A stretch of DNA of 64,000 nucleotides from Candidatus Aminicenantes bacterium (lineage in GTDB: Bacteria; Acidobacteriota; Aminicenantia; UBA2199). The number at the start of each line of letters is the position of its first letter. Position 1 is the stretch's first letter. Shown in pieces: positions 41,316 to 51,369 of this stretch. The translations under genes and the position numbers were made by a program. The DNA is taken from the NCBI GenBank assembly GCA_963732485.1, contig CAVSZS010000005.1:218685-282684 (forward strand). Reading direction: 5' to 3'. The notes below the pieces were generated by a model. That model saw only the letters and a program-made list of their open reading frames with translations, was not told where the DNA came from and made no database searches.

Positions 41316-42542
41316 ATGGACGACAACGACATCAAGATCACTTTTGGCCGCGAAAAGAAACGCGGGGCGGTGCTCAAGGTCATCGGCGTGGGCGGCGCCG
41401 GGGGCAACGCGGTCAACCGCATGATCGAGGAGGACCTGAAGGGCGTGGAGTTCATCGCCGTGAACACCGACCTGCAGGTGCTGTCGACCATCACGAAGCC
41501 GGCTTTGCAGCTGCAGATCGGTGACAAGATCACCAAGGGGCTGGGAGCGGGATCGAACCCCGAGATCGGCGAGCAGGCGGCCCTGGAGGACACGGGCCAG
41601 ATCATCGAGGTCCTGGAGGGGGCGCACATGGTGTTCATCACCGCCGGCATGGGCGGCGGCACCGGCACCGGCGCCGCGCCGGTCATCGCCAACCACGCGT
41701 CGACCATGGGCATTCTGACCGTGGCCGTGGTCAGCAAGCCCTTCCTCTTCGAGAAGGAGCGCAGGATGCGCGTGGCCGAGGACGGCATCCGCAAGCTGAA
41801 GGAGAACGTCGATGCCATCATCGTCATTCCCAACCAGAAGCTGCTCGAGCTCGGCGACGCCAATATCACCTACAAGAACGCCTACAAAAAGGCCGACGAA
41901 GTCCTGCTGCAGGCCGTGCGCGGCATCGCCGACATCATCTCCTCCACCGGCGTGCAGAACGTCGATTTCGCCGACGTCAAGGCCACCATGGCCATCCGCG
42001 GCGTCACCCTGATGGGCACCGGCGAAGCCAAGGGCGACAACCGCGCCGAAGAGGCCGCCAACCGCGCCCTGAACTCGCCGCTGCTGGACAACCAGTCGAT
42101 CGGCGGCGCCACCGGCATCCTGTACAACATCACCGCCTCGGCCGGCCTGACCATGAGCGAGATCGAAAAGATATCCGAGCTGATCACGCGCAATGCCGAC
42201 GCCGACGCCACCATCAAATTCGGCGTCATCGAGGACGCGGACGCCGGCGATACCCTGCGCGTGACGGTGATCGCCACCGGCTTCAAGGAAGGGCGCCACG
42301 AAGCCCAGGGACGCGCCAAGGCGCCGACCCCCACCTATGTTCCCATCGAGCCGGCCTACCGCCAGCCGACGCCGCAGGCGCAGATGTTTCTCGGCCAGGG
42401 CCGCCCGGGAAGCTCGGGGGTCGACCTGCGCAACTACGTGAATGACGGCAATATGCCCAACATGACCCACGGCCCCGAGAACTTCGAGGACCCGCTGGAC
42501 GTGCCGACCTTCCAGCGACTGAATCCGATCAAAAAGAAATAG
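41316..42542 (+). CDS. ftsZ: Cell division GTPase FtsZ
   Basis: Tubulin signature GGGTGTGAAP, and the GVGGAGGNAVNRM motif. Confidence 0.95.
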   Translation: MDDNDIKITFGREKKRGAVLKVIGVGGAGGNAVNRMIEEDLKGVEFIAVNTDLQVLSTITKPALQLQIGDKITKGLGAGSNPEIGEQAALEDTGQIIEVLEGAHMVFITAGMGGGTGTGAAPVIANHASTMGILTVAVVSKPFLFEKERRMRVAEDGIRKLKENVDAIIVIPNQKLLELGDANITYKNAYKKADEVLLQAVRGIADIISSTGVQNVDFADVKATMAIRGVTLMGTGEAKGDNRAEEAANRALNSPLLDNQSIGGATGILYNITASAGLTMSEIEKISELITRNADADATIKFGVIEDADAGDTLRVTVIATGFKEGRHEAQGRAKAPTPTYVPIEPAYRQPTPQAQMFLGQGRPGSSGVDLRNYVNDGNMPNMTHGPENFEDPLDVPTFQRLNPIKKK

Positions 42543-42638
42543 GAAGGCGGAAGCACCCAGGCCCGGCCCCGGCAACCTCCCCGGGGCCGCGGCCGCGATC
42601 CGTCCCAGTCGAACCGGCACGGGCGGGGAGCCGTTTCG

Positions 42639-44108
42639 TTAGTTTCGACTTTTCCGAAAAACAAAATAGTAAAGCGGCATGCCCAGCAGCAGGGTCAGGA
42701 TCGCGACTATGGATTCACGCGGACGTTCGAGAAAGGAGAAAACGAGCATCAAGACGCTGGTCGTGATGAAGAAAATCGCCGCCAGGGGAAAGCCGATGAG
42801 CCGTCCTGCCGACATTCCCCGCTGCCGCAGCTTGAACAAGCCAAGCACCGCCAGGATGGGGAAAATGCCGAGCGCAAAGCCCAGGTAGGTCAGCAACTGA
42901 TCGAAGGTGCCGATCAAAACCATGGCGCAGGCGATCAGGCCCTGGAACAGGATCGATTTCGACGGCACATGGTAGCGCGGATGCACATCGGCCGCAAAGC
43001 GGAAAAAGAGATTGTCCTGGGCCATGGAAAAATATACGCGCGGCCCCAGCATGATGTAAGCGCTCAAGGAAGAGAAGAGGGCGAATGCGATAAAAACGGA
43101 GACGACCTGCTCCAGCGAGCGTCCGAACAGCTTTGCCGCCGCCAGGCCGGCGATCGAAGCGGTCCCGGAAATTTCACCCCGTGGCAGAGCATAGACATAC
43201 AGCAAGTTCATGGCCAGGTAGAGGACCACGACCACCGCTGTCCCCAGAATGAGGGAACGGGGCAGATTCTTTGTCGGCGTCCGTGCTTCCGACCCGATAT
43301 ATGCCGATGCGTTCCAGCCGCTGTAGGCGAACATGATCCACAGGAAGGAAAGCCCGATGCTTTTGCATTGGGCCAAACTGAAGCTCAGCTCCCCTCCCTG
43401 GAATAAATGCCCGATGTTCCCTTTTCCGAAAGCGAACCCGGCTGTCACGAACAGGATGATGCCGGCGATCTTGATGAGCGTGAGCCCGTTTTGGATGCGG
43501 GCGCCGAAGCGGACACCGCGGCGGTGCATCAGGGTGAAAATGACGATGACGGCCATGGCGTATGTTTTTTTGGCAATGGTTCCGGCGCCGGGCCCTGAGA
43601 CGATTCCGATATTCAGGATGACGGGGAACGCCCGGGCCATGTATTCGACGAACGCGAGCGCTGCCGCGGCGATCGGCGCCGAAAAACCGACAAAGAATGA
43701 GATCCAGCCGCTTAAAAATCCGGCCAGCGGGTGGAACAGCCGCGAAAGGAACGCGTACTCCCCGCCGGCCTGGGGAAATGCCGCGGCCAGTTGCCCGTAG
43801 CAGACTGCCCCGCAAAGCGCTCCCAGCCCGCCGATGAGCCACAATGCCATCATCAGCAACGGATTGGGCAATTCCACGAGCAGAAATCCCGCCAAGGTCA
43901 GGACCCCGGCGCCGATCATGTTGGCGATGACGATATTGGTCAGCGAGAACAGCCCCAGTTCCCGCTTCAGCCCGTTGGGACAGGCGCCCGGGTTTCCGCT
44001 CTGCCCGGGCTGGGGGCATTCCCCGGCGCATTCCGTTGCGGCCGTGTCGCTCACCGCTCCGGACGCTGAGCGGCCCTCCATTCGTGAGAGCGCTGGGTCC
44101 GCGGTCAT
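42639..44108 (-). CDS. APC superfamily amino-acid/polyamine permease
   Basis: 12 TM helices and APC N-terminal motif (LGLFSLTNIVIANMIGAGVL). The first ~45 aa are Cys/Gly-rich and may lie upstream of the true start. Confidence 0.8.
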   Translation of the reverse strand: MTADPALSRMEGRSASGAVSDTAATECAGECPQPGQSGNPGACPNGLKRELGLFSLTNIVIANMIGAGVLTLAGFLLVELPNPLLMMALWLIGGLGALCGAVCYGQLAAAFPQAGGEYAFLSRLFHPLAGFLSGWISFFVGFSAPIAAAALAFVEYMARAFPVILNIGIVSGPGAGTIAKKTYAMAVIVIFTLMHRRGVRFGARIQNGLTLIKIAGIILFVTAGFAFGKGNIGHLFQGGELSFSLAQCKSIGLSFLWIMFAYSGWNASAYIGSEARTPTKNLPRSLILGTAVVVVLYLAMNLLYVYALPRGEISGTASIAGLAAAKLFGRSLEQVVSVFIAFALFSSLSAYIMLGPRVYFSMAQDNLFFRFAADVHPRYHVPSKSILFQGLIACAMVLIGTFDQLLTYLGFALGIFPILAVLGLFKLRQRGMSAGRLIGFPLAAIFFITTSVLMLVFSFLERPRESIVAILTLLLGMPLYYFVFRKSRN

Positions 44109-44746
44109 CGGCTCATGTCAATGCGGAATATGGATATGAGGAAATTATTCTCCTTGAGGAATGTCTCTTGCCGCTCCAGGGCGTATCCGGCTGCGTTCAT
44201 CTGCTGGATGAGGGCTTCCGCGGTCGTGCTTTCCCGGCCGGTCTCGTGGATCGATAGCCACTCTCCGATCGCCAGCCTGCCGCCGGGCTTCAGCGCGGGG
44301 CGGGCGCGGCGCAGCAGCGCCACCGGGTCGGTGAAATGATGGTATGAGGAGACGATCCATATCAGGTCCAGGCGGCCAACCGGCAGCTTCGGATCGGTCA
44401 CATCGCCCAGAACAATTTCAACATTTTCCAGCCCCCAGCGCTGGCAGCGCCGGCGCAAATGTTCCAGGGCATCGGCATCGATATCTTCAGCATACACCCT
44501 GCCGCTGGTGCCGACACGCACCGCCAGCTGCACGGCATAACGGCCGCGGCCGGCGCCGATTTCCGCTACCGCCATGCCCGGTCGGACGCCGATGGCGTCG
44601 AGCACCTTGTCCGGAGGCTGCAGGCGGTTCAGCCGGGCTTCATTGGCGTTTTCCGGGGTCAGCACATCGGTGGCCCGGCCGTGCACCACGAAACTCAACC
44701 CGATCAGAACCAGAAGAACAAGCGGAAGTATCCTTGAAACTCTCAT
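44105..44746 (-). CDS. Class I SAM-dependent methyltransferase with signal peptide/TM anchor
   Basis: Motif I VAEIGAGRGRYAV. The start is set at the ATG with a perfect GGAGGA RBS. Its stop overlaps the permease start (ATGA). Confidence 0.7.
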   Translation of the reverse strand: MRVSRILPLVLLVLIGLSFVVHGRATDVLTPENANEARLNRLQPPDKVLDAIGVRPGMAVAEIGAGRGRYAVQLAVRVGTSGRVYAEDIDADALEHLRRRCQRWGLENVEIVLGDVTDPKLPVGRLDLIWIVSSYHHFTDPVALLRRARPALKPGGRLAIGEWLSIHETGRESTTAEALIQQMNAAGYALERQETFLKENNFLISIFRIDMSR

Positions 44747-44833
44747 TTGCGATCCTCCATTTCTTTCTTGGGGCGGTGGCCTGGGGGAAAAGGCGTGCCG
44801 GGAGAAGCGCATCCTCCCGGCACACACTCTCTC

Positions 44834-46606
44834 TCAGTTACCGCAGCTTCCCGTTCCGGCCTTGGTGCATGACTTCGCCTGGGCAAAAGCGCCCGTGATG
44901 CCCTCGGGGGTGACGATGAAATGATCGCCGGGAAATTCGGCCAAACAGAAAGGGACGTCGTAGCCGGCGTTCTTGGCTTCCTTGGCGAACTCCTGGTAGC
45001 GCACTTCGCCGTTGACGGCGTGCATCGGGAAGACGGAGCGGGCTGCCAGCCGATCCATGGTGTAATAAACGCCTTTTTTCACGGCCACGATATCGCCGAA
45101 GCCGCAACCGCTCACCGGCGCGAACAGGATGTCGGCCTTGAGCCCGAGGTCGGCCAGGAAGTCGATCTCTTTCTTGAACGGCCCTGAAAAATCGCGCTGA
45201 CGGTTGGCATGGTCGCCGGGATGGAAAAGGGTGACCCCGTCCACCTTGACGAAATAGCCCTGGCCGCTGTCGTTGGATTCGATGGGGATGATCTCCAGGC
45301 CGTTGATCTCCTTCTTTTCCCGGTTGGGCAGCAGGGTGTAGCCCTCGGCATTCTCTGGCTTGAAGCCCATGATATAGGTGATCTTGGGCAGGGTCTTCCG
45401 CCAGGTGAATATCGCCGGCAGGTAATGGTCGTTATGGGCATGGGATGCGAACACGGTCACGTCCAGGTCCCGCAATTCCAGGGGGTTGATGGCGCCGTTG
45501 GCCAGGGCCGGCTCATCGGGGAGAGTGTCACCCTTCCAGTAATCGAAAACCAGGAAATGGTTCCGGGTCTTCACCGCCCAGCCCGAATGGCCCAGGTACC
45601 AGACCACGGCCTGGCCGGCGGCCAATGGTTCGCCCAGCCAGGGGCGGTCTGCGACCTTGCTTTTCCCGTCGCTGGCGGCGCCCTTTTCACGCAGCAGCGA
45701 GGAAATGGCCTTGTGCTGATAGCGATCGGCATAGTACAGCGCGGAATTGCCGGCATTGTCCATTTGGCTGACATCAACCCCTTTCTCGATCAGCATGGCG
45801 CAGATCTTGCCGTAGCCCCTGGCCGCGGCCAGGTGCAGCGGCGAGAGCAGGCTCTCTTTGTGCGTGATGTTCAGCCTGGCTCCGGCAGCGAGCAGCATGG
45901 CCGCGACTTCCGCGCTTCCCCTTTTCGTGGCCATGTCCAGCGGCCAGAAGCCATTGTCGCTCAGGGCATTGACATCGGCGCCCTTGCTGATCAGCAGCGA
46001 AACAACCTGCGGGGAACCGTGCCGGGAAGCGAAATGCAGGGCGGTGGCGCCGAGGCCCGTCTTCAGGTCCACCGCCATCCCTTTTTTCAGCAGCAGGTCG
46101 ACGATCTCCGGCGACTCGCCGCCGGCCGCTTCATGCAGCAGGGTGAACCCCTCACCCCGGCAGAGCGTGACATCGGCCCCCTTCTTCAGCAGGAGCTTGA
46201 ACACCTCGGTCTTGCCCGCCCACAGCGCGTAGTGGATGGGAGCAGCGTCGTGCGTGGTCTTGAGGTTGACCTTCGCCCCCTTGGCGATGAGCAGCTCGGC
46301 CACCTTCAGGTGCCCGCCTTCGGCGGCGTAGACCAGCGGCGTCTCTTTCTGGATGTTCAGCTCGTTGACGGCGCCGCCCTTGGCGATCAGGAACCTCACC
46401 ACGTCCAGGTGGCCGCCCTGCGCGGCCCAATGGAGCGGCGCTTTTTCATTGTGGCCCTTGGCGTTCACCAGGGCCGGGTCCTTGGCCAGCAGCTCCCTGA
46501 CTTTGGCCAGGTCGCCCTTGAGCGCCCTCTCGTGAATCTCGGCGCACCAGCCTGCTGAGGCCAGCAGCAGCAACAGCCACAACAACAGAACTTTGACGTG
46601 TTTCAT
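44834..46606 (-). CDS. Secreted ankyrin-repeat / metallo-beta-lactamase-fold fusion protein
   Basis: Signal peptide, about 8 ankyrin repeats (..PLHWAAQGGHLDVVRFLI.. repeated), and an MBL domain with HAHNDH and HPGDH motifs. Confidence 0.75.
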   Translation of the reverse strand: MKHVKVLLLWLLLLLASAGWCAEIHERALKGDLAKVRELLAKDPALVNAKGHNEKAPLHWAAQGGHLDVVRFLIAKGGAVNELNIQKETPLVYAAEGGHLKVAELLIAKGAKVNLKTTHDAAPIHYALWAGKTEVFKLLLKKGADVTLCRGEGFTLLHEAAGGESPEIVDLLLKKGMAVDLKTGLGATALHFASRHGSPQVVSLLISKGADVNALSDNGFWPLDMATKRGSAEVAAMLLAAGARLNITHKESLLSPLHLAAARGYGKICAMLIEKGVDVSQMDNAGNSALYYADRYQHKAISSLLREKGAASDGKSKVADRPWLGEPLAAGQAVVWYLGHSGWAVKTRNHFLVFDYWKGDTLPDEPALANGAINPLELRDLDVTVFASHAHNDHYLPAIFTWRKTLPKITYIMGFKPENAEGYTLLPNREKKEINGLEIIPIESNDSGQGYFVKVDGVTLFHPGDHANRQRDFSGPFKKEIDFLADLGLKADILFAPVSGCGFGDIVAVKKGVYYTMDRLAARSVFPMHAVNGEVRYQEFAKEAKNAGYDVPFCLAEFPGDHFIVTPEGITGAFAQAKSCTKAGTGSCGN

Positions 46607-46631
46607 GTTTCCTCCTTATTTACGTTCATGT

Positions 46632-48170
46632 TCATTGGTGTTCAGCAGAATTTATTAATGCCAACCTTCCCAGCATGAGGAAGGTCGGCGGAGACTGAAA
46701 CGCATCCTTGCTCAGAGGAAAATCCGTTGTGCCAGGGAATCCATGCGGCCCCGTTTCAGCCATGAAGCCAAGGTTGCCGGATTTGTCCGGAAATAATTCG
46801 AACCGCAAACAGGCTCCGAAATATGTTGAATAAACCAGTTGGCCTTTCGTAATATCGATAATGGAAACAAAGGCTTTCCTGCGACCTAAAAAAGATGAAT
46901 TGAATAATTGATCCGAAGCCGGATAAAAGGAATCCAAGGCGTTCCCGGAAAGGGGAAAATCGGCCGAGTTTGTCGTGCCTCCAATAACTACGCGATCCTT
47001 GTCGAGAAAGTCCGCTGCGGTGATGGTATCGAATTGGCTGCCGCCCAATAGCGTTGAGTATTGCAGCGTCATATCATCCGAATTGAAAATCGAAAAGAAG
47101 CAATCCCTTTCCCCCTTGTTTTTTTTGCTCACTGCATTTTCAGTGACCGGAAAATTTTCCGCGTTGGTGCTGCCTGAAACCAGCAATCGGTTCGGGGCAG
47201 CCCAGGTGATACTGGCGCTCGCATAACCTCCATCCCCCAGGTAGCTTAAATAGAGAACTTTTGTTCCGGTTGGATTGATTTTTGCCAGGAAGTGATCGAG
47301 ACCGTTTTCAAATCCGCCTACTTTGGGTCTGATAAGATTCTTTCGAATGGCATTATCCGTAACCGGGAGGTCGGCCGCGACAGTAAAGCCGGTTGCATAA
47401 ATATGATCCTTGTTGTCGATTGTCAGATCGGTTATCGTCTCATATACTCCGTTTCCCAGAGATGTGGAAAACAAAAGCTTGTCACCAGTGGGGCTGAATT
47501 TGGCGATGAAACAGGCCTGTTTGGTATAGTTGCCATGAATGACACCTTCTGTAGCAGGAAAGTCGGGGGAGCAGGTGGCTCCACCAATGACGATATTTCC
47601 TTTGGAGTCAATTTTGATGGAATGCGCCGTGTCTTCCACTTTCCCGCCAATATATGTGGCAAAAACGATATCACTTCCTGATGGATTCAATTTTGCAACA
47701 TAAACGTCACCGGCCCATTCGCCCTCTCCGTTAAAGCTGGTGTCGCAGACTCCGGGAGTCACGGGAAAATCAGAGGAATGGGTGCCTCCCACCACATAGA
47801 CATACCCCTCGCCGTCGATCGTGATCCCGGTGTGATGCTCTCTTTTTGTGCCGCCGATCAGCGTGGCGAATACCACGTTGCCTTCGGGGCTGAATTTGGC
47901 CACGAAAGCGTCCGCTTCGCCCTTGAGTTCTCTTTGAAACGCACCTGCCGTGGCCGGGAAATTTCTGTCCCTGGTATTCCCCGAGACGTAGATAAACCCG
48001 TTGGCATCGGTGACGACATCGAACGCCGGGAAAAACCTGTCCGTGTGCGAGAGATAGGTGGCAAACCCGAGACCATAGGACATGACGCCTGCCAGCTTTC
48101 CGGCTTGCGCCGGCACGATTCCTTGTCCAAGACAAATTCCGATTAGAATGGCAACAACTTTTTTTAGCAT
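46632..48170 (-). CDS. Secreted beta-propeller repeat (SBBP-type) protein
   Basis: Repeated units of the form DxxGNIYVTGxTxSxDFPxT (e.g. DANGFIYVSGNTRDRNFPAT). A signal peptide is present. The gene lies in a lower-GC segment. Confidence 0.6.
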   Translation of the reverse strand: MLKKVVAILIGICLGQGIVPAQAGKLAGVMSYGLGFATYLSHTDRFFPAFDVVTDANGFIYVSGNTRDRNFPATAGAFQRELKGEADAFVAKFSPEGNVVFATLIGGTKREHHTGITIDGEGYVYVVGGTHSSDFPVTPGVCDTSFNGEGEWAGDVYVAKLNPSGSDIVFATYIGGKVEDTAHSIKIDSKGNIVIGGATCSPDFPATEGVIHGNYTKQACFIAKFSPTGDKLLFSTSLGNGVYETITDLTIDNKDHIYATGFTVAADLPVTDNAIRKNLIRPKVGGFENGLDHFLAKINPTGTKVLYLSYLGDGGYASASITWAAPNRLLVSGSTNAENFPVTENAVSKKNKGERDCFFSIFNSDDMTLQYSTLLGGSQFDTITAADFLDKDRVVIGGTTNSADFPLSGNALDSFYPASDQLFNSSFLGRRKAFVSIIDITKGQLVYSTYFGACLRFELFPDKSGNLGFMAETGPHGFPGTTDFPLSKDAFQSPPTFLMLGRLALINSAEHQ

Positions 48171-48317
48171 TCGATCCTCCGTTTATTTCTGCTCCTCGTT
48201 TCCGACATTCTCTTGTGCTCTTCCCGGGGCGTCGCCTGCTCTAGAGACGCGGTGGCGCTTTTTTTGTCTACACCTGTTCCGTTCAATATTGGCCTCCTTT
48301 TCTGGAAAGTTATTTAT

Positions 48318-49946
48318 TTAGTTGTTAAATGGATATACCTTGTATTGCTGATCCCTGAAAACGAGCAGCCCGAAGGGAGAAATACGGATGCCGGAAGGCT
48401 GGAAGCCCGGGGCACAGACCGTCTCGCTCTGCCGGTCGGGCCGGATCTCGCGGATGGTGAAAACGGCACCGTTGGCGAAAACGACATGGAGGTTGTCGCC
48501 GCCCTGCTGGTAGGTGTAGGGAGCGGAACTTGCCTGCAGCCGGCTTTCCGTTAGTCTTTCCATATCCAGCCGGAAATAGTCCCGGTTGACCCGGTAGACC
48601 ACGCCGCGGGATTCGTAGCCGCCGATCCGGCGCGGGCTTTTTTTAAAATTCCCCTGCCGCCGCAGCAGCAGGGTCAAGTCTTCCCCGGCCCGGTACAGGC
48701 TCATGCCCGAGGGTTCGAAAAGCAGGATCCGGTCGCGCCAGACGCTCAACGACTTGCTGTTGGCCAGCTCCTGCGTCCGGCCCGCCGTGTCCAGCCTGTA
48801 CAGGCGAGGCGCGCTGAAAATAATGAAACTCGGCGGGGCGCCGTCCAGGTAGAGGACATAGCTGATGTCCGGATCGTAGAATTCGCCGGCGATGTGAATT
48901 TTTTGGACATGGCCATTCTCGATCCGCAGCAGCATCGCTTTTTTCAGTTTCGGGTTTTGCAGAAGCAGGGAGTAGGTCCTGCCCCGGCTGGAGCCGATCT
49001 CTCCGGGATAGCCCCCGGCGACGAACCAGTCCGCTTCGAAGGTGTAGAGCGTTTTCAAGTCGCCGGTCCGGAGGTCGAGAGCGCTGAGGCGCATCTCGGC
49101 GCAGGCCTTGTCGCGCCGCGGCTCGCGGGTCAGGCAATACAGGGTGCGGCCGTCAGCGGTTTCCCGCAGCGCGATCAGGCAGCCGCGGAAGTGCCGCCGG
49201 CCCTGCTCCACCGTGATCTCGCTGTACCGGCACGAGTTCTTGAGGATAAGCCCCCCGGATGTCAGGTAGAAGTTCTTGATGCCGGCGGGAGCGGTGAGCA
49301 GCGCATGCCCGGCGATCAGGCCGCTCAACAGGAGCACGCCGGGAAAGAACCTCCTGTTAAAGGTTGACACCGGTTTGATGTCGTAGCGCTGGAACAGGAC
49401 AAAGAAGAAAAGCGGGAAGATCAGCCCGACGGCGCCGGCCTGCCGGATGGCCTGGCTGATGTCGCGGCCGCTGTCGAGGAGCGTTATAAGGAGGACCTGG
49501 CCGACGGCGAGCAGGCAGACGACGAAGAAGGCGCTGACGAAGTTTTTGAAGCTGATGGAAAAGGCGATCGCCAGCAGGAAAAAGCCGGCGTAAAGAACGG
49601 AAAAATCGGCAGGCGAAAGGAATGACGGGAACTGCCAGGCCCGGTGCAGGCCCAGATAGATCAGCAGCAGCAGCGACGCGCTCAGCAGGCGCGGCAGGAC
49701 CTTCAGCAGCAGCAGCCGGCTGCGGGACAGGGGCAGAGACAGCATGTATTCCCCGGCGTTTTCCTGCCTTTCCCTTTCGAACAGGGACCAGCCTGTGAAG
49801 GCGGCGTAGAGCAGCAGGAAAATTTCCAGGGCCGGGACCAGGTACGCATCCTGGTCGCTGAAGCGGATGCCCGCGATCAGGGCGGCCAGGACCGCGAAAA
49901 TGACCGCGCCGTCCTTGAGCACGCGCTTGGCTTCAGTGGCGAGCAT
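48318..49946 (-). CDS. ABC-2 type transporter permease with large C-terminal extracytoplasmic/soluble domain
   Basis: The N-terminal ~230 aa have 6 TM helices. A ~300-aa non-membrane domain follows. Its start overlaps the ABC ATPase stop. Confidence 0.6.
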   Translation of the reverse strand: MLATEAKRVLKDGAVIFAVLAALIAGIRFSDQDAYLVPALEIFLLLYAAFTGWSLFERERQENAGEYMLSLPLSRSRLLLLKVLPRLLSASLLLLIYLGLHRAWQFPSFLSPADFSVLYAGFFLLAIAFSISFKNFVSAFFVVCLLAVGQVLLITLLDSGRDISQAIRQAGAVGLIFPLFFFVLFQRYDIKPVSTFNRRFFPGVLLLSGLIAGHALLTAPAGIKNFYLTSGGLILKNSCRYSEITVEQGRRHFRGCLIALRETADGRTLYCLTREPRRDKACAEMRLSALDLRTGDLKTLYTFEADWFVAGGYPGEIGSSRGRTYSLLLQNPKLKKAMLLRIENGHVQKIHIAGEFYDPDISYVLYLDGAPPSFIIFSAPRLYRLDTAGRTQELANSKSLSVWRDRILLFEPSGMSLYRAGEDLTLLLRRQGNFKKSPRRIGGYESRGVVYRVNRDYFRLDMERLTESRLQASSAPYTYQQGGDNLHVVFANGAVFTIREIRPDRQSETVCAPGFQPSGIRISPFGLLVFRDQQYKVYPFNN

Positions 49947-50754
49947 ATTCGCCTCCTATGAAGGCCCGCAGAATTTCCGCCAGGTTCAGGTGTTCGACGC
50001 CGCCCAGGCGATGGATCTCGGGCACGTAGGGATAGACGTACATCTCCAGGGTGTTCTGCCATTGCCTGGAAAAGACGACCGGGACACCGTCGGGGACGGT
50101 GGCGCCGAAGAATTTGACGAACGATCGCCTCAGCGCGTCCACGTTCGCGTCCAGGATGATCCTGCCTTTTTCCATGACCAGCACCCTTTCGGGAATGCCT
50201 TCGATCTCGAGTGCGGACTGCGAGGCCATGATCACGGTCAGCTGCTTTTCCTCAATGAGACGCAGGATGGCTGTCAGAAAAATTTCGCGCAGGTGGGGAT
50301 CGAGAAAATGGACCACGTCATCGACAAAAAGGTAGTCGGGCGCCGCGGCCAGGGCCAGCGACAGGAAAAAAACGGTTTTTTCGCCCTTGGAGAGGGAAGC
50401 GACCTTCCGGCCGGGGGCGAGTGACAGTTCGTCTACGACCCAGTCCGGGGAGCGGCCGTAGAAGTGGGCGTGCATCCGCGTCGCCTCCTTAACGCTCATG
50501 CTTTCGTACAGGCTGATCGAGGCCGGGATGTAGGCGATCTTCCTGCGCGAGCGCGGGTCGGCCCGGCGGCCCGCGTAGCGGATCGACCCATGGCTGGCGC
50601 CCAGGACCCCGGCCATGGCCCGGAGCAGGGACGTCTTCCCGGCGCCGTTGGCCCCGGCCAGGAGGATGCTCTCTCCCTTGTTGATGGACAGGCTCAGGTC
50701 ATCGACCGCCCGGATTTTTCCGAAGCGGACGCAGAGTTTGTCAATGGCGATCAT
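49933..50754 (-). CDS. ABC transporter ATP-binding protein
   Basis: Walker A GANGAGKTS, signature LSKGEK, Walker B LFVDD. Confidence 0.85.
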   Translation of the reverse strand: MIAIDKLCVRFGKIRAVDDLSLSINKGESILLAGANGAGKTSLLRAMAGVLGASHGSIRYAGRRADPRSRRKIAYIPASISLYESMSVKEATRMHAHFYGRSPDWVVDELSLAPGRKVASLSKGEKTVFFLSLALAAAPDYLFVDDVVHFLDPHLREIFLTAILRLIEEKQLTVIMASQSALEIEGIPERVLVMEKGRIILDANVDALRRSFVKFFGATVPDGVPVVFSRQWQNTLEMYVYPYVPEIHRLGGVEHLNLAEILRAFIGGEYARH

Positions 50755-50778
50755 GGGGGCTCCTGATTCCGGAAGGCT

Positions 50779-51369
50779 TCATTTCTGTTCCTCCAGATAG
50801 TAGCGGAGAACGAGCTGCCGGGCCCGTTTCAGGCGTTTGGACACGGTGCCGTGGCCGATGCCCATGGCGGTGCCGATCTCCTGGCAGGAATGTTCGCCGT
50901 ATTCGCGCATGACCAGCACGTCGCGCAGCCGGCGCGGCAGGCGGGTGATGGCCCGGCGGACGCTGCGGATCTCCTCGGTCCTGCGGGCGAGGTCTTCCGG
51001 GGTCTGCCAGCAAACGGCGCTGAATTCGGACAGGGGCTGCAGCGGTCCGCGCACTTTGCGGCGGCGCATCTGGTCCAGGCAACTGTTGCGGGCGATGCAC
51101 AGCAGCCAGGCCTGCACGTGCTCGGGGTTGTCGCGGCCGTAGCTGGCCAGCGCCTTCACGTAGGTGTCCTGGGCAAGATCGCGGGCATCGGCGGCATTGC
51201 CCATGAAACCCAGGCACAGGCAGAACACCCGGTCCAGATAGGCGGTCAGGTCGTGCCTGCCGTCGGCGGTTGTTGCCGCGTCATGCTTCCGGGATTCCAC
51301 GGCCCGCGGGCGGGACCCTGCGCCGGCGACGGCGGGAAACAGGGAAACGGCAAGCTGGGCCTGCATCAC
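50779..51369 (-). CDS. ECF-family RNA polymerase sigma factor
   Basis: Sigma-70 region 2 (DLAQDTYVKAL..) and region 4 HTH (SCQEIGTAMGIGHGTVSKRLKRAR). Its start overlaps the GntR stop. Confidence 0.75.
   Translation of the reverse strand: MMQAQLAVSLFPAVAGAGSRPRAVESRKHDAATTADGRHDLTAYLDRVFCLCLGFMGNAADARDLAQDTYVKALASYGRDNPEHVQAWLLCIARNSCLDQMRRRKVRGPLQPLSEFSAVCWQTPEDLARRTEEIRSVRRAITRLPRRLRDVLVMREYGEHSCQEIGTAMGIGHGTVSKRLKRARQLVLRYYLEEQK

Noticed and set aside
40050-42620. 856-aa minus-strand ORF
   Set aside because: It is antisense to ftsA/ftsZ, which are unambiguous. It is a high-GC antisense artefact.
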